Source: an uncultured Candidatus Rokubacteria bacterium (GTDB lineage: Bacteria > Methylomirabilota > Methylomirabilia > Rokubacteriales > CSP1-6). From it: a stretch of 64,000 bases of DNA. The notes beneath the pieces were generated by a model. It was not told the DNA's origin and made no database searches. It saw nothing but the letters and a program-made list of their open reading frames with translations. Both the position numbers and the translations under genes were made by a program. The stretch spans positions 128,001 through 192,000 of the forward strand of contig CAVYTA010000001.1 in assembly GCA_963771355.1 (NCBI GenBank), read 5' to 3'. Each line of letters begins with the position of its first letter. Position 1 is the first letter of the stretch. Of the stretch, positions 8,795 through 17,265 are shown in pieces.

Positions 8795-10915
8795 GTGAGC
8801 GGGGGATCTCTTCCGCCCGCGTTCCTGGCGCCGCGGTCGGTGGCCGTGGTGGGCGCCTCGCGCGATCCTTCCAAGGTCGGCGGCAGCGTGCTGGCCAATC
8901 TGCGCGCGGCCGGCTTCCCGGGCCGGGTGGTCCCGATCAATCCGCGCGCCGGCTCGATCCAGGGTCTACGCGCGCTGCCCTCGGTCCTCGCCCTGGAAGA
9001 GCCTGTGGACCTGGCGGTGATCGCGGTACCGGCCGCCGACGTGCTGCCCGCGCTGGAAGCGTGCGTGGCCCGCGGCGTGGCGGGCGCCATCATCATCTCC
9101 GCGGGCTTTCGAGAGGCCGGCCCCGAGGGCCAGGCCCGCGAGGCCAAGCTCCGATCATGGCTCCGCGGCCAGCCCATCCGAGTGATGGGCCCCAACTGCC
9201 TCGGCTGGATCCGTCCCTCGAGCCGCCTCAACGCAACCTTCGCCCCCGGCATGCCGATCCGGGGCGGCATCGGGTTCGTATCCCACTCCGGTGCTCTCGC
9301 CACGGCCATCCTCGACTGGGCCCGCGATCGCTCGCTAGGCTTCTCCTTCTTCGCGAGTCTGGGCAACCAGGCGGACCTCACCGAAGCGGATGTGCTGGAG
9401 GCGGCGGCCGAGGATGCCGAGACGCGCGTGATCGCGGCGTACATCGAAGGCGTGGCCGACGGACCGCGCTTTGTCGAGGCCTTGACCCTCGCCGCCACCG
9501 CCAAGCCGGTCGTGCTCATCAAGGCCGGCCGCTCGGCCGAGGGGGCGCGCGCGGTGGCCTCGCACACCGGCGCGCTCGCGGGCTCCGACGTCGCCTTCCA
9601 CGCCGCGGTCCGGCAGGCCGGCGCCGTGCGCGTGACCACGGTGGAAGAGCTCTTCGATCTCGCCGACGCGCTGGCCACGCAGCCGTTGCCGAAGGGACGC
9701 CGGGTCCTCGTGGTCACCAACGGAGGTGGGCTGGGCATCGTGGCAGCCGACGCCGCGCGCGCCGCCGGGCTCGCGGTCACCCCTGTTTCCGACGCGGCGC
9801 GCGCCCGGCTGCGCGAGGTGCTGCCGCCTAATGCCAGCGTGGCCAATCCCGTCGACCTGGTCGGCGACGCCGACGCGAACCGCTATCGGCGCGCGCTGGA
9901 GGCCATTCACCCGAACGAGGACTGCGACGCCGCGCTGGTGATCCTGACGGTGCAGGCGGCGACTGACGCGAGCGCGGCGGCGCGCGCCATCGTGGGCTCG
10001 ACGCGCGGCTGGGACATGCCACTCGTGACCGCGTTCGTGGGCGGCCCCCGGGTGCGTCCCGGGACCCGCGCGCTCGAGGAGAGCCACGTGCCCTGCTATG
10101 CCTTTCCGGAGCGCGCGGTCTCGGCCCTCGCGGGCATGGCACGCGTGGCCGAGCGCCGCCGGGCCACGCCACAGCGTGTACTGCCGCCGCGCCCGGATCT
10201 GCCCGCCGGTCTCACGCGCTCGTTGGAGCGGCGCGTGGGTGGGGCGCTCGGCATGGCGGACCTCGAGTCTCTCCTCGATGTGTACGGGATCCCAGTAGTC
10301 CGCTCCCGTCAGGTCGCCGGTCCCGCCGAGGCCGCCGCGGCGGCAGCGGAGCTTGGCTTGCCGGTGGCGCTCAAGGTGGTCTCGGCGGAGGTCAGCCACA
10401 AGAGCGACGTGGGCGGGGTGCGGCTCGGCCTCGGAGCACCCGCGGAGGTGGCGGCGGCCGCCGAGAAGATGCTCGCGGATGTGCGGCGGGCACGGCCGGA
10501 GGCCACCATTCAGGGCCTCCTCGTGCAGACCATGGCGTCGCCGGGGCGCGAGCTGCTGGTGGGTATGACGCGGGATCCGCAATTTGGGCCGCTGGTGGTG
10601 GTGGGGTTCGGCGGGCGGTACGTGGAAGTGCTCCGCGATACCGCCGCCCGCCTCGCCCCGGTCAGTGAGGAGGAGGCGGTCGAGATGCTGGGCGAGCTCC
10701 GGATGGCTCCGGTGCTGCGCGCGTTCCGCGGCGAAGCCGAGGTGGATCTTCCTGCTCTGGCACGGGCGGTCGCGCGCTTCTCCCGCCTTCTCACCGACCT
10801 GCCCATGCTCTCGGAGATCGAGCTCAACCCGCTGGTCGCCCGGCCGGATGGGGTGCTGGCGGTCGACGCCCGCGCCACTCTGGCCGTCCCGTCGTCCTCC
10901 GACGTCAGGGAATAG
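8795..10915 (+). CDS. ADP-forming acetate/acyl-CoA ligase (fused alpha-beta)
   Basis: SVAVVGAS, MGPNCLG, SLGNQAD, phospho-His motif SHTGALAG, ATP-grasp HKSDVGGV, RDPQFGP, ELNPL..AVDAR. Confidence 0.9.
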   Translation: MSGGSLPPAFLAPRSVAVVGASRDPSKVGGSVLANLRAAGFPGRVVPINPRAGSIQGLRALPSVLALEEPVDLAVIAVPAADVLPALEACVARGVAGAIIISAGFREAGPEGQAREAKLRSWLRGQPIRVMGPNCLGWIRPSSRLNATFAPGMPIRGGIGFVSHSGALATAILDWARDRSLGFSFFASLGNQADLTEADVLEAAAEDAETRVIAAYIEGVADGPRFVEALTLAATAKPVVLIKAGRSAEGARAVASHTGALAGSDVAFHAAVRQAGAVRVTTVEELFDLADALATQPLPKGRRVLVVTNGGGLGIVAADAARAAGLAVTPVSDAARARLREVLPPNASVANPVDLVGDADANRYRRALEAIHPNEDCDAALVILTVQAATDASAAARAIVGSTRGWDMPLVTAFVGGPRVRPGTRALEESHVPCYAFPERAVSALAGMARVAERRRATPQRVLPPRPDLPAGLTRSLERRVGGALGMADLESLLDVYGIPVVRSRQVAGPAEAAAAAAELGLPVALKVVSAEVSHKSDVGGVRLGLGAPAEVAAAAEKMLADVRRARPEATIQGLLVQTMASPGRELLVGMTRDPQFGPLVVVGFGGRYVEVLRDTAARLAPVSEEEAVEMLGELRMAPVLRAFRGEAEVDLPALARAVARFSRLLTDLPMLSEIELNPLVARPDGVLAVDARATLAVPSSSDVRE

Positions 10916-10953
10916 GGGGCGCGGCGAGCGGGACTGGAGGACGAGCGCCGTGC

Positions 10954-10992
10954 GTTCGCTCGCTATCGCGCCATCCGGGCGCGCGAGCGAAC
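10954..10992. terminator. Inverted repeat between convergent genes (possible terminator or REP-like hairpin)
   Basis: GTTCGCTCGC (10954-10963) ... GCGAGCGAAC (10983-10992); no U-tract. Confidence 0.35.
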
Positions 10993-11016
10993 CTATCTCT
11001 GAGGCTACGGGCTGGG

Positions 11017-12504
11017 TCAGACGGCGGACGCCCTGAGCGCGCGCACCAGCTCCACCATCCCCAGCGTGTCGCGCCGGCAGTATTCACGGAGCGCGGCTTC
11101 CAGGCGGGCGGCCTCCGCCGGGTCGGGGTGGCCGCGCACCAGCAGGTCCCAGACGGGCCCCGCCGCCGAGCCTTCCGCGACCTCGAGTCCCTCATAGGCG
11201 AGGGCCGGGACCACCGCGGGCAGGACGCGCTTGAGCGAGAAGGAGCCGCGGAACTCGGGGTGGTAGACGTGCTGGCGCACGACGGGCAGGAGATCCCACA
11301 GGCGCGCGCGGATTCGCGCGGCGGCGGGAGCCAGGTCCGGGAGCGTCAGCCCCAGCGTGTCGAGGTGCTGACCCTCGAAGCGCGCGTTGTAGACGACGAT
11401 GGGCCCGGTCTCCCCGACGGCGGGGATGAGTGTCTCGAGGAAGCGGCGGCGCGGATCCGTGTCGCGGTCGGCGAGGAACTGCCGATGCTCGGGCGCGGCC
11501 CCGGGGGCCTGGATCACGTGCACCGACCACTGGAAGGGGATGCCGTCGTACGGGCGCATGCCGGCATGACGGGGGATGGCGGGGCCCAGCGTCTCGAAAT
11601 CCATGAAGTAGCGCGGATAGGCGAGCCCGGCCAGCTCGCCCGCGAGCGGTGCGGCGACCAGCATCCGCTCCGCGAGCACCGCCTGGCGCGCTCGCTCCTG
11701 GCGCGGGTTCAGCGCGACATCATCCGGCACCTCGCCGATGCGCGTGATACCGCGGGCGCGGAGCGCCTCGAGCCGCTTCCCGTAGAGACCAGGCAGATTC
11801 GCGATGTCGTCCAGGGGCAACGGAACATTGCACTGGTCGTAGAACTCGCAGGCATAGGGCTTGGTGCACTGAAGGCCGGGCGCGACCTCCGGCGGCGCGT
11901 CCGCGTCCAGCGTGGCCCGCAGCTCGGCCAGCAGGCGCGGCAGGTCGAGGGTGAGGGCGTCCACCTGCGGGGTGACGTCCACGACGGCGAAGAGCCGCGT
12001 CGGATCATGCGCCCCGCCGGCATACACGTACTCACGGCTCAGGTGCATCACGGCGACCGACTCTACCGTCAGGCCGGCGGCCACCAGCACGTGGCGCTGG
12101 ATGGCCACGTCGGGGAAGTGGTGCTCCCTCACGCCGGTGGTGGACTTCACCTCGATGAGCCGCCAGCCTCCGCGGCTCCCGCGCGCGAGCACGTCCACGC
12201 GCACCAGGACGTCCTCCTGGCGAAACGTCGCCTCGAAGATCGCGGGCACGGTCGGGTCGCGCAGAAGAGCCGCGGTGCGCGCGAGGGCGGTGTCGAGACG
12301 ATCGAGCTCGCCCTCGACCGCCACGCCGCCCGGGAACGCCTCCCGGGCGAGCCGGCCCACCTCCTGGCCCTGGGCGAAGCGAAACCGGAGCGCGGCATCG
12401 GGCGCCTCCGCCAGCTCGGGCGCCGTCACCCGGAGATAGAGGCGCTTCCGGCACTGCAGGCCGGCGAGCACGCGGGACTTCGACAGCCCGTGGGGCCTGG
12501 CCAT
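11017..12504 (-). CDS. DUF2779-type protein: Cas4/RecB-like PD-(D/E)XK nuclease plus RNase H-like domain
   Basis: LSKS..QCRKRLYL; EATF, VRVDVL, IEVKS, DVAIQ; CTKPYACEFYDQC; MDFET..PFQWSVH, VYNARFE, YHPEFRGSFSLK, YCRRDT. Confidence 0.8.
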   Translation of the reverse strand: MARPHGLSKSRVLAGLQCRKRLYLRVTAPELAEAPDAALRFRFAQGQEVGRLAREAFPGGVAVEGELDRLDTALARTAALLRDPTVPAIFEATFRQEDVLVRVDVLARGSRGGWRLIEVKSTTGVREHHFPDVAIQRHVLVAAGLTVESVAVMHLSREYVYAGGAHDPTRLFAVVDVTPQVDALTLDLPRLLAELRATLDADAPPEVAPGLQCTKPYACEFYDQCNVPLPLDDIANLPGLYGKRLEALRARGITRIGEVPDDVALNPRQERARQAVLAERMLVAAPLAGELAGLAYPRYFMDFETLGPAIPRHAGMRPYDGIPFQWSVHVIQAPGAAPEHRQFLADRDTDPRRRFLETLIPAVGETGPIVVYNARFEGQHLDTLGLTLPDLAPAAARIRARLWDLLPVVRQHVYHPEFRGSFSLKRVLPAVVPALAYEGLEVAEGSAAGPVWDLLVRGHPDPAEAARLEAALREYCRRDTLGMVELVRALRASAV

Positions 12505-12611
12505 CGAGCCCACGGTACCGTGGAACGGTGACGGCCGGGGTCAGCGGTGGCCGGTCGGAGCGGCCATGCAGCATAGTTTATAAAATTTCATAGATACTGT
12601 ATTCTCCCGCC

Positions 12612-13184
12612 ATGCCGCAGCGTCCCCCCCGCTCCTACGTGGGCGATGTCATCCGGGCTCGTCGGCGAGCCCTCGACCTGACCTTGATGGACGTGGCCCG
12701 AAAGACGGGCTTCTCGGCCAGCTATCTCAGCCAGGTCGAGCGGAACCTCGTCGCCCCCTCGGTGGCGGCCCTGATGAAGATGACCACCGCGCTGGGGGTG
12801 TCCGTCGGCCAGATCCTCGCGCAGCACGGCCAGCCCGGGGCAGGGGCGAAGCTGGTGCGCCCGCACGAGCGCAAGACGCTGACGTATCCGGGATCCGACA
12901 TCCGCTACGAGCTCCTCTCCCCCGACCTCTCCAACCGCGCCATGGAAGTCCTCATGTTCCGCGCGCCGGCGGGGAGCACGAGCGGGCGCGAGACCTTCAC
13001 GCACGATGGGGAGGAGTGCTTCGTCCTCATCAAGGGCCGGCTGCGGGTCTGGGTGGGCGAGGAAGAGCACGTGATGCGCGAGGGCGACTCGCTCTATTTC
13101 AAGAGCTCGCTCCCGCACCGCTGGGTCAACGACGGCAAGACCGAAGCCCGCGCGATCTGGGTCAATACGCCCCCCACCTTCTAG
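12612..13184 (+). CDS. XRE-family HTH plus cupin transcriptional regulator
   Basis: LTLMDVARKTGFSASYLSQVERN..PSV; HDGEE..GDSLYFKSSLPHRW. Confidence 0.9.
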   Translation: MPQRPPRSYVGDVIRARRRALDLTLMDVARKTGFSASYLSQVERNLVAPSVAALMKMTTALGVSVGQILAQHGQPGAGAKLVRPHERKTLTYPGSDIRYELLSPDLSNRAMEVLMFRAPAGSTSGRETFTHDGEECFVLIKGRLRVWVGEEEHVMREGDSLYFKSSLPHRWVNDGKTEARAIWVNTPPTF

Positions 13185-13249
13185 GACGGGGGCCGGAGGC
13201 CACCAATGGCGGTTGCTACGCGACACACGCTGGAAAGCACGGACGAACC

Positions 13250-13492
13250 ATACAATTCAACGTCGATCCGTTACACTTCGGCATCGTGCTCATCGCCAAT
13301 ATCGGGGTGGGGCTCTTTCTCCCGCCGGTGGGCCTCGGGCTCATCGTGGCGGCGGCGATCGGCCGCGTGAGCGTGACCGAGGTGGCGCCGGTCCTGCTGC
13401 CCTATCTGGCCACCATGATGGCGACGGTGCTGATCATCACCTTCTGGCCCTGGCTGACGCTCCTCGTTCCGAGCGCGCTGGGGCTGCGGTAA
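13250..13492 (+). pseudogene. C-terminal remnant of a TRAP transporter large permease (DctM)
   Basis: VDPLHFGIVLIANIGVGLFLPPVGLGL..PYL..LIITFWPWLTLLVP is a DctM C-terminus; no room for the rest of the gene. Confidence 0.8.
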
Positions 13493-13521
13493 GCGAAGCC
13501 CGAGAGAAGAGAGGACACATC

Positions 13522-14604
13522 ATGAGCACCCTGGCGACCACCCGATTCCCCACCATCACCCCCGAGACCCTCGCCGCGCTGCAGGAGCGGCTCGGCAAGC
13601 CGGTGCGCCGGCCCGAGCCCTACATCGAGGTGGCCACGCGCGATGCCATCCGGCACTGGGCGCATGGCATCGGCGACCGGAATCCCTACTGGGCGGACCA
13701 AGGCGTGGCGCCTCCGACCATTCTCTTCGCGCTGGATCGGATCGTCTCCGGTTATGTCGGGGGGCTTCCCGGCATTCACGCGATGTACGCGGGCACGGAC
13801 TTTCGCTGGGAGCGGCCGATCCGCGTCGATGACAAGATCGTCGGGGAGAGCGTGCTGCACGCGCTGATCGAGAAGCCGTCGAAGTTCGCCAAGCGGGCCA
13901 TCCAGCAGATCTATCGCACCACCTTCACGAATCAGCGCGGGGAGCAGGTCTGCGTGGCGGACTCCTGGTGCTTCCGGACCGAGCGCGAGACCGCCCGCGA
14001 GCGCGGCAAGTACAAGTCGGAAGGGCCGCACCGGTACTCCGAGACCGAGATCGCCGACATCCGGCAGGCCTATGCCACGGAGGAGGTCCGAGGCGCGGCG
14101 CCGCGGCGCTGGGACGACGTCACCGTGGGCGAGGCGATGCCGGTGGTGGTGAAGGGGCCGCTCACGGTCACCTCGGTGGTCGCCTTCGTGCAAGGCTGGG
14201 GCAGCCTGTACGTGCGCGCCCACGGCCTCGCCTTCGATCTGTTCGACCGTCACCCCGCGCTGGGCATCCCGAACGATTTCGGCGTGCCGGAGCCGCCGGA
14301 GCGGGTGCACTGGGACGAGTCGCTGGCGCGGGCGGTGGGCGTGCCCGGACCCTACGACTACGGCCCGGAGCGGGTGGCCTGGCTCGGCCACCTGGTGACG
14401 AACTGGATGGGCAATGCCGGCTTCCTCCGGCGCCTGACCGTGAAGGTGCTGCGCCACAACCTGATCGGCGACACCACGTGGTGCCGCGGCCGCGTGACCG
14501 GCAAGGCGTCCGGGGGTGTGGTGACGCTGGAGATGGACGGCACCAATCAGCGGGGCGAGGTCATCGCCTCCGGCACCGCCGAGGTGGTGCTCCCCACGCG
14601 ATGA
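13522..14604 (+). CDS. Double-hotdog MaoC/FAS1-like acyl-CoA dehydratase
   Basis: DAIRHWAHGIGDRNP, APPT, AMYAGTDF; second hotdog WDDVTVGE..VHWD..PYDYG..GDT. Confidence 0.82.
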   Translation: MSTLATTRFPTITPETLAALQERLGKPVRRPEPYIEVATRDAIRHWAHGIGDRNPYWADQGVAPPTILFALDRIVSGYVGGLPGIHAMYAGTDFRWERPIRVDDKIVGESVLHALIEKPSKFAKRAIQQIYRTTFTNQRGEQVCVADSWCFRTERETARERGKYKSEGPHRYSETEIADIRQAYATEEVRGAAPRRWDDVTVGEAMPVVVKGPLTVTSVVAFVQGWGSLYVRAHGLAFDLFDRHPALGIPNDFGVPEPPERVHWDESLARAVGVPGPYDYGPERVAWLGHLVTNWMGNAGFLRRLTVKVLRHNLIGDTTWCRGRVTGKASGGVVTLEMDGTNQRGEVIASGTAEVVLPTR

Positions 14605-16127
14605 CGTCGATCCTCGACGTTCGCCGCTATCCCGAGGCGCGGGACGGGTTTCGCTGGGACGCGCTCTGGGATCTCGTGGACGGCGACCGCGAGCGCCTCA
14701 ACCTCGCCCACGAGTGCGTGGACCGGCACGTGGGCAAGGGCACCGCCCTGCGCATCCAGTTCGCCGACGGGCATCGGGAGGAGCACGACTTCGGGGCGCT
14801 CGCCGAGTGGTCGTCCCGCTTCGCCAATCTCCTCGAAGCCGAGGGCGTTGCCCGCGGCGATCGGGTGGCCATCATGCTGGAGCCGTCGCTGGCCTTTTAC
14901 GGGGCGGTGTTCGGGACGATGAAGCGCGGGGCCATCGCGGTGCCGCTCTTCACGCTCTTCGGCCCCGAGGGGCTGGCGTTGCGTGTGGACGACTGCCGGC
15001 CGCGCATGCTGCTGGTGGAGCGGGACGCGGCGCGCTGGCGCGCGCAGTTCCCCGACGTCAACGTGGTCGCGGTGGATGACCTCGCCGAGCGCCTGCGCGC
15101 GGCGCCCGCGCGGTACACGCCGGCCACCGCGCCCGACGACCTCGCGCTGTTCCAGTACACGTCCGGCACCACGCGCGCCTTGCCGGAGGCGGTGCGGCAC
15201 ACGCACCGCTCGGTGGTGACCTTGATGGTGGCGGCGCTCTACGGGGTGGGGCTCCGGGCGGGCGATCGCTACTTCTGTCCCTCGTCCCCCGCCTGGGGGC
15301 ACGGGCTCTGGCATGGAACGGTCGCGCCGCTCGCGCTCGGGATCGCGGTGGGCAGCTACTCGGGCAAGTTCAGCCCGGAGCGGATCGTGGAGGCGCTCGA
15401 CGCCTTCCGGGTCACGAATCTCGCCGCCGCCCCCACCGTGTACCGGATGATCCGGGAGTCCGGTGCGGCCGACCGTCGCCGGTTCGCTCCCGAGAAGCTC
15501 TCGTTCACGGGCGAGCCCATGGATGGGAAGACCTGGGAGTACGTCGAGGAGACCTTCGGGCGGAAGCCGTGCAGCATGTACGGGAGCACGGAGGTCGGGG
15601 TGATCATCGTGAACTACCCGGGCTTCGACGGCTTCGAGGTCCGGCGCGGCGCCCTCGGCAAGGCGGCGCCGGGCTGGGAGGTGGCGGTGGTCGGCGAGGC
15701 GGGGCCGCTCCCCGCCGGGGAGCTCGGGGAGATCGCCGTCCGCCGCCGCGGCGAGTGGTTCCGCGTGAAGGATCGTGGCCACGTCGACGCCGACGGCTAC
15801 TTCTTCCACGCCGGGCGCTCCGACGACGTGATCATCTCCGGCGGGTGGACGATGAGCGCGCTCGAGATCGAGCAGGCGCTCCTCGCCCACCCCGACGTGC
15901 GCGAGGCGGCGGTGATTGGCGTGCCCGATGAGCTGCGGGGGCAAATCCCCAAGGCGTGCATCGTGGCGCCGGGCAAGGGCCCCGACTTCGTACGCGAGCT
16001 GCAGGAGTTCGTGAAGGATCGCCTGAGCCGGCACGAGTACCCGCGGGCCATCGAGATCGTGGCGGAGCTGCCCAAGACCCCGGCCGGCAAGATCGACCGG
16101 AAAACCCTCCGCGACCGGCAGCGATAG
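14601..16127 (+). CDS. AMP-binding acyl-CoA synthetase
   Basis: YTSGTT, YGSTE, GRSDDVI, EIEQAL..EAAVIG, LPKTPAGK; ATGA overlap with upstream gene. Confidence 0.9.
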   Translation: MTSILDVRRYPEARDGFRWDALWDLVDGDRERLNLAHECVDRHVGKGTALRIQFADGHREEHDFGALAEWSSRFANLLEAEGVARGDRVAIMLEPSLAFYGAVFGTMKRGAIAVPLFTLFGPEGLALRVDDCRPRMLLVERDAARWRAQFPDVNVVAVDDLAERLRAAPARYTPATAPDDLALFQYTSGTTRALPEAVRHTHRSVVTLMVAALYGVGLRAGDRYFCPSSPAWGHGLWHGTVAPLALGIAVGSYSGKFSPERIVEALDAFRVTNLAAAPTVYRMIRESGAADRRRFAPEKLSFTGEPMDGKTWEYVEETFGRKPCSMYGSTEVGVIIVNYPGFDGFEVRRGALGKAAPGWEVAVVGEAGPLPAGELGEIAVRRRGEWFRVKDRGHVDADGYFFHAGRSDDVIISGGWTMSALEIEQALLAHPDVREAAVIGVPDELRGQIPKACIVAPGKGPDFVRELQEFVKDRLSRHEYPRAIEIVAELPKTPAGKIDRKTLRDRQR

Positions 16128-16147
16128 CCGCCGGGACGAAAGCGCGC

Positions 16148-17257
16148 ATGCCGATCATCGACTCCCACGCCCACATCTTCCAGCACTGGTCCGGCTCCTG
16201 CGGCCTGCCCTCGCGAGAGGTGCACCTGAAATATCTGCAGAAGACGCTCACGCGCCCCTCCGCCAAGGTCTATCGCCTCCGCGACGGCGCGGAGGCCTCC
16301 GGCCAGCACCTCTTCCGGCCGGGCGACAATACCTGGGCCGGGCTCCGCGACGACATCGAGTTCCGGCCGGGGCGCTACGGCCGGCTCGAGTTCCGGGTGG
16401 ACGGCGAGGACTATGTCGTCCAGTACATGCCGGTGGGCATGGTGGAGCTGGAGTCCAGGCCGGAGCTCCTGCTGGCGCAGATGACGGCGGCGGGCGTGGA
16501 CCACTGCGTGCTCCAGGCCGGCTTCACCTACGGCTACATGAACGACTACAACGCGCTCGCGCAGCGCCAGTACCCGGGGCGGTTCACCGGCCTCTTCCAC
16601 GTGGACGAGCCCATGGCGGACACCGCGCACTGGATGGCGGAGGCGCGGCGGGCGGTGGAGCAGCTCGGGCTGCGCGGGCTGCACTATCAGACCGACACCT
16701 TCGCCCGCTACGACTTCCGGTGGTGGTTCGACGACCGGCGCTTCGACGCGTTCTGGTCCATGATCGAGGGCTTCGGCGTGCCGGTGTTCTTCGAGCCCAT
16801 GCACATCCCGACCTATGACGAGGCGAGCTATCTCGAGATCATGCGGCGGCTGGATGGGATCATGACCCGTTTCCCGGGTCTCCGCTGGCTCCTGGTGCTG
16901 CAACCGCCGGTGTCCTATTTTGCCCGGAACGGGCGGTGGGAGTTCCCCGTGATAGTCGGAAAGGTCTACGCGCGGGAGACGGTGCGCCTCGAAATGACCT
17001 TTCCCATCGCCTGGGGCGGCGTCTGGGACTACCCGTATCCGGAGGCGCAGGCGCTCATCAAGGACCTGCGCGATCGCTACGGCGCCACCAAGCTCGTCTG
17101 GGGCTCGGACATGCCGAACGTGGAGCGCTTCTGCACGTACCGGCAATGCGTGGACTATATCCGGCGCTACTGCGAGTTCCTCAGCGCGGCCGAGAAGGAC
17201 CGCGTGCTGGGGGGAAATCTCGGCGACCTGCTCACGCTGTCCGCGCCGCCGCGCTGA
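16148..17257 (+). CDS. Amidohydrolase_2 family metallohydrolase
   Basis: IIDSHAH; KLVWGSDMP; VLGGN. Confidence 0.85.
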   Translation: MPIIDSHAHIFQHWSGSCGLPSREVHLKYLQKTLTRPSAKVYRLRDGAEASGQHLFRPGDNTWAGLRDDIEFRPGRYGRLEFRVDGEDYVVQYMPVGMVELESRPELLLAQMTAAGVDHCVLQAGFTYGYMNDYNALAQRQYPGRFTGLFHVDEPMADTAHWMAEARRAVEQLGLRGLHYQTDTFARYDFRWWFDDRRFDAFWSMIEGFGVPVFFEPMHIPTYDEASYLEIMRRLDGIMTRFPGLRWLLVLQPPVSYFARNGRWEFPVIVGKVYARETVRLEMTFPIAWGGVWDYPYPEAQALIKDLRDRYGATKLVWGSDMPNVERFCTYRQCVDYIRRYCEFLSAAEKDRVLGGNLGDLLTLSAPPR

Positions 17258-17265
17258 TCTCCGCG

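Noticed and set aside
11017..12504. cas4 of a CRISPR-Cas locus
   Set aside because: No cas1, cas2 or array; the Cas4-like domain is fused to a DUF2779-type domain
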